This document shows positions 1 to 8,171 of a stretch of DNA of 64,000 nt, piece after piece. The notes under the pieces were generated by a model. It was given only the letters and a program-made list of their open reading frames with translations, was not told the DNA's origin and ran no database searches. Position 1 is the first letter of the stretch. Each line of letters begins with the position of its first letter. This DNA is from an uncultured delta proteobacterium (GTDB lineage: Bacteria; Myxococcota_A; Polyangia; Polyangiales; Houyiibacteriaceae). The stretch spans positions 1 through 64,000 of the forward strand of contig CAVOVB010000008.1 in the NCBI GenBank assembly GCA_963699755.1. The letters are read 5' to 3'. Both the position numbers and the translations under genes were made by a program.

Positions 1-1
1 G

Positions 2-527
2 CGACCCGTCGAAAAGGAAAAAGTCCTGGAGCTTTTGGATGTGGCCCGCTGGGCGCGAACGGTGCGAACCGTCAGGTGATCCACTGGTTCGTGGTCAGCG
101 ATCTGGCGAAGGTCCATCAGGTCGCCGAGATGACCATCGACTGGATGAAGGCCGTGAAGGAGAAGAACCCGGCTCTTTATGCGGAAGCCAATCTGGAGAT
201 GTTCGTCTCAGCGTGGGACAGCGGCACCGATCGCATTGCCCGGGGAGCGCCCTGCATCATCATGGCCTGTGCTCCGAAAGACGAGCGGACGGCCCCTCCG
301 GCGGCCATGATTGCCTTAGCCCACATTCAGATTGCGGCGCCCGGACTCGGTCTGGGAACCACGTTCACCGGCAGTATCAACACCGCTGGCCAGGGCTATC
401 CGCCCCTGACCAGGTTGCTCGGGATCCGGAAGGCTACATCCCGCATGGGACGTGCTTGATTGGATATCCAGCCGAGATGTACCATCGGATTCCCACGCCA
501 AAGCCAGCCCACGTAACCTGGTGCTGA
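2..527 (+). pseudogene. Nitroreductase family protein, 5'-truncated by the window edge, two frameshifts (~56 and ~425)
   Basis: Joining three frames gives RPVEKEKVLELLDVARWA[P]NGANRQVIHW...GAPCIIMACAP...GLGLGTTFTG...LLGI[P]EGYIPHGTCLIGYPAEMYHRIP, which are typical nitroreductase motifs; each junction needs one extra base; sequencing error is possible. Confidence 0.75.
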
Positions 528-617
528 GAGCCGTCCGTCTCGAACGGGCGACGAGTGTCACCGAATTCGAGACAGAAGGCACGCGGCTCGGGTAACCAGC
601 AGAGGAGTTCGGTCGGC

Positions 618-1294
618 CTAACGGATCTTGGGGAGCATCATCCTGTCTGGAGTGGGCGCGTACGTCCACGGTAGCCTCGAGTTCTTCCAACCATTCTTCA
701 TTCGTTGGCCCCGATACACGCTATCGGGATCGTGACCAAATCGCCCTCCATGCCGTCGGTGATGTTGAAGACGCGTTTGAAGCCGGCCTCGGCGAGCTGG
801 TTGACGGCCATCGCACTGCGGCCGCCCGACCGGCACATGACTAGGAGGGTGTCGCCTGGCTTGGCGATCTTCTTCACCTGGGAGATGAAATCGGGGTTCG
901 GCTTCATCGGAAACTTCCCCCGCTCTGCGTCCCACACGTAGGTCTGAAGAAAGAGGGGGACGTTCCACGCCATGGCCGCATGGCCAACAAAGAGAACCTC
1001 TTCAGGCGTGCGGACGTCGAGAACCGTCGCTTTCTTCGGCGCCGCCTTCCATTTCTCGTAGGCCTCCTTGGCCGTCACATAGAGCCCGAGGGTCGTCTGC
1101 TTCTCTTTCGGGAGCTCCGGTTTCGCTGCCCGCGAAGGGGGCTTTCTGTCGGTCTGCGCTTCGGCATACGGCGTGCCGACCGAGCCCATGAGCGCGACCA
1201 GGGCGATGAGGCACAGGAATTCCCCGGCGAGGGCTCGGCTTGATCTCACGAATCTTCGATTCCCCGAGTTACGTGTCTGTTCTTCTATCGGCAT
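618..1294 (-). pseudogene. Exported rhodanese-like sulfurtransferase, frameshift at ~733
   Basis: Signal-peptide-like N-terminus, VLDVRTPEE, active loop MCRSGGRS, GMEGD; C-terminus DPDSVYRGQRMKNGWKNSRLPW is in the adjacent frame (618..968 ORF). Confidence 0.75.
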
Positions 1295-1521
1295 GATGGC
1301 GGCGCTTCCATGCCCGTAGATCGAGGAGTCTCTGCTCCGGTGGCAATTCGAATTGGCGATCGGGCGACTACGCCAGGCTGGCATGCGCCGGACGCGACTT
1401 CTCGGCAATCTTCCTGACCGCTTGCCGCTCTCACGCCCGACTACCCAACGGGACTTGGCTAGTGAATCGGATGAGAACCGCCTTGCGGGAGGCGTCGATC
1501 GCGCTCGACGCTGGACCACCT

Positions 1522-3035
1522 TCAGCGCTGGCGCTCTTGATCGATCTCCAGACCGTGCTCGGCGACCATCTTCGTCAGTCGCTCTTGGACATCCCTGGAC
1601 CCGAGTAGGGTGACGCATTTCGTTCCGAACCGTTGCTTGGCGACCCTCACGAACTGTTCGAGCGCGTCATCCCGGGCCTCGCCAAGTAGCTCGATTGACC
1701 CTGCGGACTCTCGGAGGCGTACTCCACCTGGGAGGTTGTGAAGGATGCGGCCCTTACTCGTCGGCGACTGCGAACAGACAGGGTGCGAAGCTGCTTCTCA
1801 CCGCTTCGAATCGCCGGTCCTCGAAACTGCCGGTTGAGGCGTCGGAGTGCCCTCTGATCTCCGCGTGCGGCCCGTACGGCCAGAAACTGCTTCCAGGAGC
1901 CCGGGTGTGTGTCGACCGTTGCCGCCCGCCACCCCTCAATGGTCGCCCTCAGCCTGCGCTCGGCGCACTTCCTCTCGAACGAAAGCGTTTGGTACAGGCT
2001 GCGCTTGTCTCGCCCGGGGATGGGCATCGCCGCAATCGCGTGATGCCTCAATTTGAACCGCTCCCCATGCGTCGCGCGGGCTGCGTCGATCCTGCAGGTC
2101 ATCGCCTCGCGGAGCTCCGTGCGGTGAATCCGTGCGGCGTTGAGGGCCTCTCGGTACTCGCGCCAAAGCCCGACATCGAGCGTCCGTGCGAGCGGCTGCT
2201 CCTCGTAGACGTGGACTTGATCGCGTGCGATTTCGGCAGCGCCCGGGCCGGGCACGAAGTCGCCGTAGCGCTCGCAGAGCCGTTGCTTCGACCACCCACG
2301 TCCTAAGGCCGATGCCTTGCACGCTAAATTCGATCTCGTTGGATCCACGATCGCCAACCCGTTCCCGCGCGGCACCAAACGGACGCCGAAATTCTTCAGC
2401 TCTTCATGGAGAGCCGCCCAGGACGCAATGCCGTCAAGCGCCTTGGTCTCGCCGATGTTCCTCCGTGCCCAGCGAGGAAAACTCTCGATGCCCCGATGCG
2501 CCTCGAAGTCGCGGGCCCGGTAGCTCTGGGAACGACCTCTCGTTCGGTCGACGCGGTACAGGTCGAGCTCTTCTTCGAGGACGCTCGAAAGCGCCTGGAA
2601 CGCGCCGATAGCTTGATACGGGTGATGGATCTTCAGCGTTTGAGGATGAATCTTGTTGACCGCCACGTGAAGATGCTCGTGCTCCTGGTCGCTATGGCGA
2701 ACCGCAACGTATTGGTGCTCTCCGAGCCCCGCCGCCCGCACCGCGCGACGAACGACGTCCTCGAGCTCCGCAGAGCTGAGGCGCCGGTCCTCTGGGTGAA
2801 ACGAGATGACCAGGTGATAGGTCTTGTTGCCCTTGGCCCTCACGTTGCCCTCTTGGAGCAGTTCCATGACGTCGACTGCAAGCTCGGCGTCCTTCTGCCG
2901 ATCGAGGCCGTCCAGGTTCCCGGCCATGTACCAGGTGCATCGTTCCTCGCCCTTGCCTCGAAGCATGTACGGGACCAGCTTCGAGAGTCGGGAGACCGTG
3001 CTGTAATCCCTGGACTGTTTCGGCGTGATGATCAT
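1522..3035 (-). CDS. TraI/MobA(P)-family (MOBP) conjugative relaxase, frameshift at ~1763 before an LPD7-like C-terminal domain
   Basis: N-terminal Tyr (LVPYM), YHLVISF, HUH motif HSDQEHEHLHVAVNKIHP, KASALGRGWS; the shifted frame continues TSKGRILHNLPGGVRLRESAGSIELL...AKQRFG..VTLLGS..LEIDQERQR* to 1522. Confidence 0.85.
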
Positions 3036-3358
3036 CGGGAACGAACGAGGTGCGCGAGGACGCGCCTGAGCTCGGCCGCATTGCGTTCCACCTCGATCAG
3101 CGTGCGACGGAGTAAAACTTTCTCCTCTCGCTCGGTCAGCGCCTTCTTGAGCAAGCCACCAAGGCGGTTCTGCTCCCGTTGAATCCTCAAGAGATCTTGA
3201 ACCTCTTGCCGCGCACGCGCGCTTGGGATGTCCGCACTCAGAAGCGCGCGACGTAAGATTTCTCCGTGCGTGAATCCGGACGCTTCGGCAAGGGCGCGCA
3301 GACGGGCTACATGCTCGTCCCCTACGCGCACCCCGATGAAATGCCGCAACCCTCGCAC
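3032..3358 (-). CDS. Relaxosome accessory protein (TraJ/MobC-like, ribbon-helix-helix)
   Basis: IGVRV..E..RLRALAEASG...GEILRRALL and NRLGGLLK motifs; 4-bp overlap with the relaxase start. Confidence 0.8.
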   Translation of the reverse strand: MRGLRHFIGVRVGDEHVARLRALAEASGFTHGEILRRALLSADIPSARARQEVQDLLRIQREQNRLGGLLKKALTEREEKVLLRRTLIEVERNAAELRRVLAHLVRSR

Positions 3359-3439
3359 GAGCAGATAGAAAGCCGCACTCTAAGCTTGTCCAGCGCCGAT
3401 CTCGTTTTGCACGTACGAATAAGCCGAAGGCGTTGAGCA

Positions 3440-3760
3440 GTGCTAATCAAGTGCGGAGCGCGAACGTCGAAGACGTTCGCGCGCAGCGCTTGCAGTTTTG
3501 GTGTCTGCCAAAACTCTGCCTTGCCCTCCGGTAGCGTGTCCCTAACTGACGCTGGTTGTCGCCGGTGAATCACAACCTGGCGCTTTCAGTCACAACCGCG
3601 ACGCTCCCTGGCAAGAATGACAAGAAGTGACACCAAGTGTCGCGCGCGCGCCATCTAGTGTCGCGTTACGCCAACAGGTCGCGCGAGTGACAACGAGTGC
3701 ACTCCGAGCGCCAAGTAGCGACAAGTAGCGCCAAGTCGCGCCGAGCACGCGAGAGCCGGC
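3440..3760. other. Putative origin of transfer (oriT)
   Basis: Lies between divergent traJ-like and traK-like genes as in IncP; perfect inverted repeat GCGCGAACGTC-gaa-GACGTTCGCGC (3458-3482), IR AGTTTTGG/CCAAAACT (3494-3515), 10-bp phased direct repeats at 3711-3750; nic site not identified. Confidence 0.6.
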
Positions 3761-3856
3761 GTCAGGCCGTCGGAATTGCCGTTGGTTTTTCGCGTGCGAA
3801 AAAAAGATGCTCTGCCAGCGCAACTTTTCGGAGGGGCAAAACCGATAATAAGAGTG

Positions 3857-4274
3857 ATGGTCGACGATGAGAGATCTAATTTGGCCGGGCTGCGACGCAA
3901 GGCTGCCGAGAAAACGCCGTATCCGTACTTCCTTCAGCGACTCGAGGACATCGAGGCGTGGTTGAAGGCTGGCTTTTCCGTGAAGGAGCGTGTGGCGAAT
4001 CTACTCCGAAAAGAGCGTTCCGTTTCCAGGCTCCTATCGGTCGTTTCTTCGCTACTGCAAGGAGCACTGCGAGAGCGCTTCGGCTCCGAGACGCAAGGCT
4101 CCTGAGGTCAGGCGTTGCCCGAGCGACCCAACGAGACCGGGAAGAGACCGTCAGGGTCCTGGGCCAGGGCAAGCAGATTTATCCGCCGCCCGCGCACACG
4201 CCCGCCAGGCCTCACGCCAGAACAAATCCCAGTCGATGATGGACCCTGACCGCGACCTGGCCCCCAAGAGATGA
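3857..4274 (+). pseudogene. TraK-family oriT-binding protein, frameshift at ~3989
   Basis: Joining ORFs 3776..4105 and 3990..4274 gives FLQRLEDIEAWLKAGFSVKE-VWRIYSEK...SYRSFLRYCKEH, which resembles the IncP TraK core. Confidence 0.6.
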
Positions 4275-4376
4275 GCGACTCCTGTCGATTCCGATCGTCG
4301 CGACCAAGTCTGACCTCGGGGAGATCATTCGTGATGCCGTCAGCGAGGGGCAGCTTGCTACCGGAAGACGCACGTC

Positions 4377-4613
4377 GTGACGCAGATGGCTGTTGAGGGC
4401 GCGCCGTCATCGCGTCCGAGGTCCGATGAGCTTCCGCATGTTCTCACGGTCCCCGAGCTCGCCGAGTTTCTGCGCATCTCCGAAAAGAGCGTCTATGCGC
4501 TCATCTCCGGCAAGCATATCCCCCACGTTCGAGTGCTCCGCCGTGTCCGATTCCTGAAGACCGACGTGCTACGGTACGTCCAGGAAAACCGGGTGTCCGC
4601 ATCGGAGGAATAA
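4377..4613 (+). CDS. Excisionase-like HTH DNA-binding protein
   Basis: VLTVPELAEFLRISEKSVYALISGKHIPHVRV..RVRF; directly upstream of the integrase. Confidence 0.85.
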   Translation: MTQMAVEGAPSSRPRSDELPHVLTVPELAEFLRISEKSVYALISGKHIPHVRVLRRVRFLKTDVLRYVQENRVSASEE

Positions 4614-4619
4614 CCGACG

Positions 4620-5726
4620 ATGACGGTCATCAAACGAGACGGAAGATGGACGGTCGACTTCTGGTACGAAGGCAAACGCTACCGAAAGAAATCGCCGATC
4701 GATACGCAACGAGGCGCAAGGGAGTACGAACGGCTCCTCCTTCAGCGCGTGATGCAAGGCGAGCCGTTGACCCCTCAGACTGCGAAGTCCGAGGAGAGCG
4801 CCACTGCGCCCAGGTGCCAGTCCTTTCTCAGGGAATGGCTCGAGACGTATGCGAAGACGAACAACAAGCCGAGCGAGGTCTACTCGAAGGAGTTGATCAT
4901 CCGCTGTCACCTCTCGCCGTTTTTCGGCAAGCGGCGAGTCTCCGAAATCGGGGTTCGAGAGCTCGAGCGCTTCAAGAGCGCGCAACTCTCGAAGGGCTTG
5001 TCGCCGAAGACGATCAACAACCAGCTCTCGGTCCTTCGGAGGGCACTCCGCTCTGCTCAGGAGTGGGGCGTGATCGAGGTGGTGCCCACCATCAAGTGGA
5101 TGAAGGCGCCGAGAGCCGACTTCGATTTCCTCGATTTCGAGGAAGCCGAGCGTCTTTTCGACGCAACCGTCCCGGAGTACCGCCCGATGGTTGCGACCGC
5201 ATTGAAGGCCGGGCTCCGGCTAGGAGAGCTGCTTGCCCTGCGGCAAACGGACGTCGACCTGGTCAATGGCCAGATCTTCGTGAAGCGGTCCGTCTGGAAA
5301 AGGACCTTCGGGACTCCCAAGAATGGGCTCTCTCGACGGGTGCCGATTCCGCCGAGCCTGGTCCGGATACTGAGAGACCACCGGCACCTCCGCGGAGAGC
5401 TGGTGTTCTGTCAGGAGGACGGGTCTCTACTGACCGGCGACATGATCAAACGGGTGCTGCCTCGCGCCTGCCGAAAGGCGGGCCTCGACCGCACCATCCA
5501 GTGGCACGTGCTTCGACACACCTTCGCGAGTCATCTCGTGATGCGCGGCGAGCCGCTCAAGGTGGTTCAGGAGCTCTTAGGCCACGCCAACATCGAGGCG
5601 ACGATGATCTACGCTCATTTGAGCGAGTCACGACTCAAAGACGCCGTCGCCAAACTCGACGAACCGGCGCCGAGCCGACCCGACGATGGTCACTATTTGG
5701 TCACTCGCGATCGGCGGAATCGCTAA
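4620..5726 (+). CDS. Tyrosine recombinase / integrase
   Basis: N-terminal arm-binding beta domain; catalytic R (GLRLGEL), K (TPKNG), HVLRHTFAS, LGHANIEATMIY. Confidence 0.95.
   Translation: MTVIKRDGRWTVDFWYEGKRYRKKSPIDTQRGAREYERLLLQRVMQGEPLTPQTAKSEESATAPRCQSFLREWLETYAKTNNKPSEVYSKELIIRCHLSPFFGKRRVSEIGVRELERFKSAQLSKGLSPKTINNQLSVLRRALRSAQEWGVIEVVPTIKWMKAPRADFDFLDFEEAERLFDATVPEYRPMVATALKAGLRLGELLALRQTDVDLVNGQIFVKRSVWKRTFGTPKNGLSRRVPIPPSLVRILRDHRHLRGELVFCQEDGSLLTGDMIKRVLPRACRKAGLDRTIQWHVLRHTFASHLVMRGEPLKVVQELLGHANIEATMIYAHLSESRLKDAVAKLDEPAPSRPDDGHYLVTRDRRNR
5687..5705 (+). repeat. Direct repeat TGGTCACT x2, candidate integrase arm-type binding sites
   Basis: TGGTCACT at 5687-5694 and 5698-5705 (11-bp period), about 50 bp from the tmRNA 3' end. 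Confidence 0.5.
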
Positions 5727-5752
5727 CCTAAGCAATCACTTGTCTTAAGTAG

Positions 5753-6112
5753 TGGAGGCGGTGGGAATCGAACCCACGTCCGGAAATGGTCCAGAATGAC
5801 GTCTACATGCGTAGTTTGTGTTTTGAAATTCGCCTTGATTTGCGCCCACAAACAGGCTCGCACCAACGCTAGTGGTTCTTCATCTCGTCATTGCGCCGAA
5901 CCGCGACTCGCATAGACCAGCCCGTTCAAATGACGCCTCCGCTAGAAGCACAGGCAAGCTTCTAACTTCGACGGCTCCCTTGGCTTTACTTAGGCCGCGA
6001 GAGCAACTGCGTTATCGTTGGCAGTTGTACGTCCCAAACGTTTTTGCGTCGTGCTTGGGCCGACGGACACGCAACCAAACCTTCAACATCCCCGTCGAAA
6101 CCGGTCGCCCCC
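5753..6112 (-). ncRNA. ssrA: tmRNA; tag peptide ANDNAVALAA
   Basis: 5' GGGGGCGACCGGTTTCGAC, 3' T-arm and acceptor GTGGGTTCGATTCCCACCGCCTCCA with the Ala G:U pair; tag ORF gcc aac gat aac gca gtt gct ctc gcg gcc taa at 6022-5990; 3' CCA not fully encoded. Confidence 0.97.
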
Positions 6113-6220
6113 AGAATTTCAAAGACTTAAACACTATGAGGTCGCCCCCGGGGCAGCGCAACAGCGGCCCGAAAGGCTGGCGCTTTGGTTGGGTTCGCCG
6201 GGCGAGACTGATACGGTGCG

Positions 6221-7093
6221 GTGGCTTCGTTCATGATGGGATTTTCCTTCGGTGTCGCGGCGGCGCTTTGCTGGGCCGCACTCGATGTGGTTCGAAAGGC
6301 GCTGGCCGGGAAGGCCACCCCGTCTGCGCTTGCCGCCTTCCTGCTGCTTGGGCAGGTGCCGTTCCTGGGTGCATGGGCGGCTTGCGATCAGACCTGGGTA
6401 ACCGAAGCGAGCTATTGGCCGCCCGCTGCGGCCTCGATGACTATGAACGCCTTCGCCAACGTCTTTTTCATGCGTTCGGTGCAGCTCTCGCCGCTGAGTC
6501 GCACCGTGCCGTTCCTGTCGCTCACTCCCGTCTTCAGCGCGCTCGTGGCAATCCCGCTCCTGGGGGAGGTGCCTGGGCCAATGCACTGGGCCGGGATTAT
6601 TCTGGTCGTCCTCGGGGCTCTGGTACTCAACAGCGACCTCGGCGACTCCTGGTGGAAGTCGGTCACGCACGAGAGGGGCACCCCTTTCATGATCGCGGTG
6701 GCGGTGCTCTGGGCCTTATCCACTACCCTCGATAAGCGGGCCCTCCCGCATGCCTCGCCGGCCTCGCATTCTTTCCTTCTTTCCGCGGGGAGCGCCGCGA
6801 TTCTCGGAACTTGGATGCTCGCGCTTGGAAAACACCGTGAGCTCCCCAAGGTGTTTGAGGCGCCGAGGGGACTGCAGGTGGGCATGATCGCCTTTGCGGT
6901 CGCGGCCTTGGCCCTCCAGATGGTGGCGCTTCAATGGCTTTGGGTTGCCGTCATCGAAACTTTGAAGCGTGCTTTCGGGGTCTTCGGCAGCGTGGTGTTA
7001 GGCCGCCTCTTCTTCAATGAGCCAATTACGAGCCGGAAACTGACCGCCGTCGTCCTAATGGTGGCCGGCACGAGCATTCTGGCTCTGGCGTAG
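6221..7093 (+). CDS. EamA/DMT family transporter
   Basis: About 10 hydrophobic segments; SPLSRTVPFLSLTPVFSAL...LLGEVP and LFFNEP motifs of tandem EamA domains. Confidence 0.85.
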   Translation: MASFMMGFSFGVAAALCWAALDVVRKALAGKATPSALAAFLLLGQVPFLGAWAACDQTWVTEASYWPPAAASMTMNAFANVFFMRSVQLSPLSRTVPFLSLTPVFSALVAIPLLGEVPGPMHWAGIILVVLGALVLNSDLGDSWWKSVTHERGTPFMIAVAVLWALSTTLDKRALPHASPASHSFLLSAGSAAILGTWMLALGKHRELPKVFEAPRGLQVGMIAFAVAALALQMVALQWLWVAVIETLKRAFGVFGSVVLGRLFFNEPITSRKLTAVVLMVAGTSILALA

Positions 7094-7178
7094 TGGGCTG
7101 CTGGACCGACGCGCGGGGGACTGTGCCCTTTTTCAGCGCTCCGTGGCGAAGGGCTTCCGAATCCGCTAATGGTGTAGG

Positions 7179-7667
7179 GTGGCCGAAGAAGAGAAGCCCC
7201 TTCCGCCCAAGCTCGACGTCGCCCGCTACCTCCTCGCCCAGGGCAGCGTCTTCGTCCACCTCGATCCGCGGATGGAGACAGTGGCGGTGCCACAGTCATA
7301 CCGCTCAGAACCTCAGCTGGTTCTGCAGATTGGCTTTGATATGCCGGTACCTATTAGTGATTTAGAGGTCGATTCGGAAGGTGTCTACGGCACTTTGTCG
7401 TTCAACCGCACCCCGTTTACCTGCCAGGTTCCCTGGGAAGCTGTATTTGCTCTGGCCGGCGACGACGGCCGCGGAATGGTTTGGCCCGACTCCATGCCTC
7501 ACGAAATCACGGAGGAAATCGAGCGGGAAGCAGGTAGGGAGCCTCCGCCGGTGGTCGAGGAGCGTCCGTCACTGAGGGTCCTGCCCGCGGTGGACGAACG
7601 AGAGGCCAGACCCTCGAGCCCACCAAGACCAGGCGAAAGACCTTCGTACCTGAAGGTCGTGAAGTAG
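7179..7667 (+). CDS. sspB: ClpXP specificity-enhancing factor SspB
   Basis: VYGTLSFNRTPFTCQVPWEAVFAL and a C-terminal ClpX-binding tail RPSYLKVVK. Confidence 0.85.
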   Translation: MAEEEKPLPPKLDVARYLLAQGSVFVHLDPRMETVAVPQSYRSEPQLVLQIGFDMPVPISDLEVDSEGVYGTLSFNRTPFTCQVPWEAVFALAGDDGRGMVWPDSMPHEITEEIEREAGREPPPVVEERPSLRVLPAVDEREARPSSPPRPGERPSYLKVVK

Positions 7668-7740
7668 TCGCCGAGCGACGCTGGTGCGGGCACTGGCGCT
7701 GGCGTCGGCAATGACGCGGACGCCGTACGGCCCCGAGATT

Positions 7741-7780
7741 AAAAAGTAACGGCCCGAAAGGGGGGGCTTTCGGGCCGTTA
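7741..7780 (-). terminator. Rho-independent terminator (third hairpin of the candidate sRNA)
   Basis: Minus strand TAACGGCCCGAAAG-CCCCCC-CTTTCGGGCCGTTA followed by CTTTTT; perfect 14-bp stem. Confidence 0.85.
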
Positions 7781-7885
7781 GAGAGATGGCGGGTTGGATG
7801 AAGTGGGGGGAAACAAGCCAATCCGCCGGTCTAACAACACTACGGGGGACGTGGGGGGACGTCTTCGCCGCAGCATTTATGTCAC
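7741..7885 (-). ncRNA. Candidate small RNA with three C-rich-loop hairpins (Pxr-like architecture)
   Basis: Bounded by a sigma54 promoter and a terminator; three stem-loops each display CCCCCC; no credible ORF. Confidence 0.7.
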
Positions 7886-7895
7886 CCGGTATACA

Positions 7896-7912
7896 TGCTA
7901 CTACCGTGCCAA
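7896..7912 (-). promoter_or_regulatory. Sigma54 (-24/-12) promoter
   Basis: Minus strand TTGGCACGGTAGTAGCA versus consensus TGGCACG-N4-TTGC; exact GG-N10-GC spacing; predicted +1 about 7885. Confidence 0.8.
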
Positions 7913-8171
7913 GTTTCTCGGGCTTGGAATCATGAATGATCTCATAGGGATTCTCGGACACGTCCGATTGAACGTCGTTCAGATCTGAAAAGTTTTTGAA
8001 GTTCTGCGACTTTGACCCCTAAATTCAACCCGATCGACCGAAGGGGTGCTCCTAGATGTGGGGTGGATCACAGAAGACACAGCCCCCGAATGACCCTTAC
8101 AGATGAATTACAAGTGTATCTGAGCTGGACAGGCGTTAGGCAACTAACTTTTCAATTGTGAAATCACTTTT

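Larger units (their letters stand above)
1..5752. mobile_element. Integrative mobilizable element (IME) inserted at the 3' end of ssrA; left end lies outside the window
   Basis: Tyrosine integrase and excisionase end 26 bp from the tmRNA 3' end; relaxase, TraJ/MobC-like and TraK-like genes flank an oriT-like intergenic region; no T4SS genes in the window. Confidence 0.85.

Noticed and set aside
1295..1618. N-terminal extension of the 306-aa ORF 698..1618
   Set aside because: Arg/Ser-rich out-of-frame overlap with the true relaxase tail; the rhodanese signal peptide starts at or after 1294.
5753..5790. Stand-alone tRNA gene
   Set aside because: The T-arm and acceptor belong to tmRNA: the matching 5' end is at 6112 and the tag ORF lies between.
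6103..6149. GGTCGCCCCC repeated at the tmRNA 5' end and 37 bp away, as a possible att duplication
   Set aside because: Only 10 bp, GC-rich, and at the wrong end for the integrase; likely chance.
5872..6735. 287-aa ORF overlapping ssrA and the EamA gene
   Set aside because: Shadow ORF antisense to tmRNA and out of frame with a well-supported transporter.
7569..7961. 130-aa minus-strand ORF
   Set aside because: No recognisable motifs; runs through a sigma54 promoter and a strong terminator and overlaps sspB; the ncRNA reading explains the region better.
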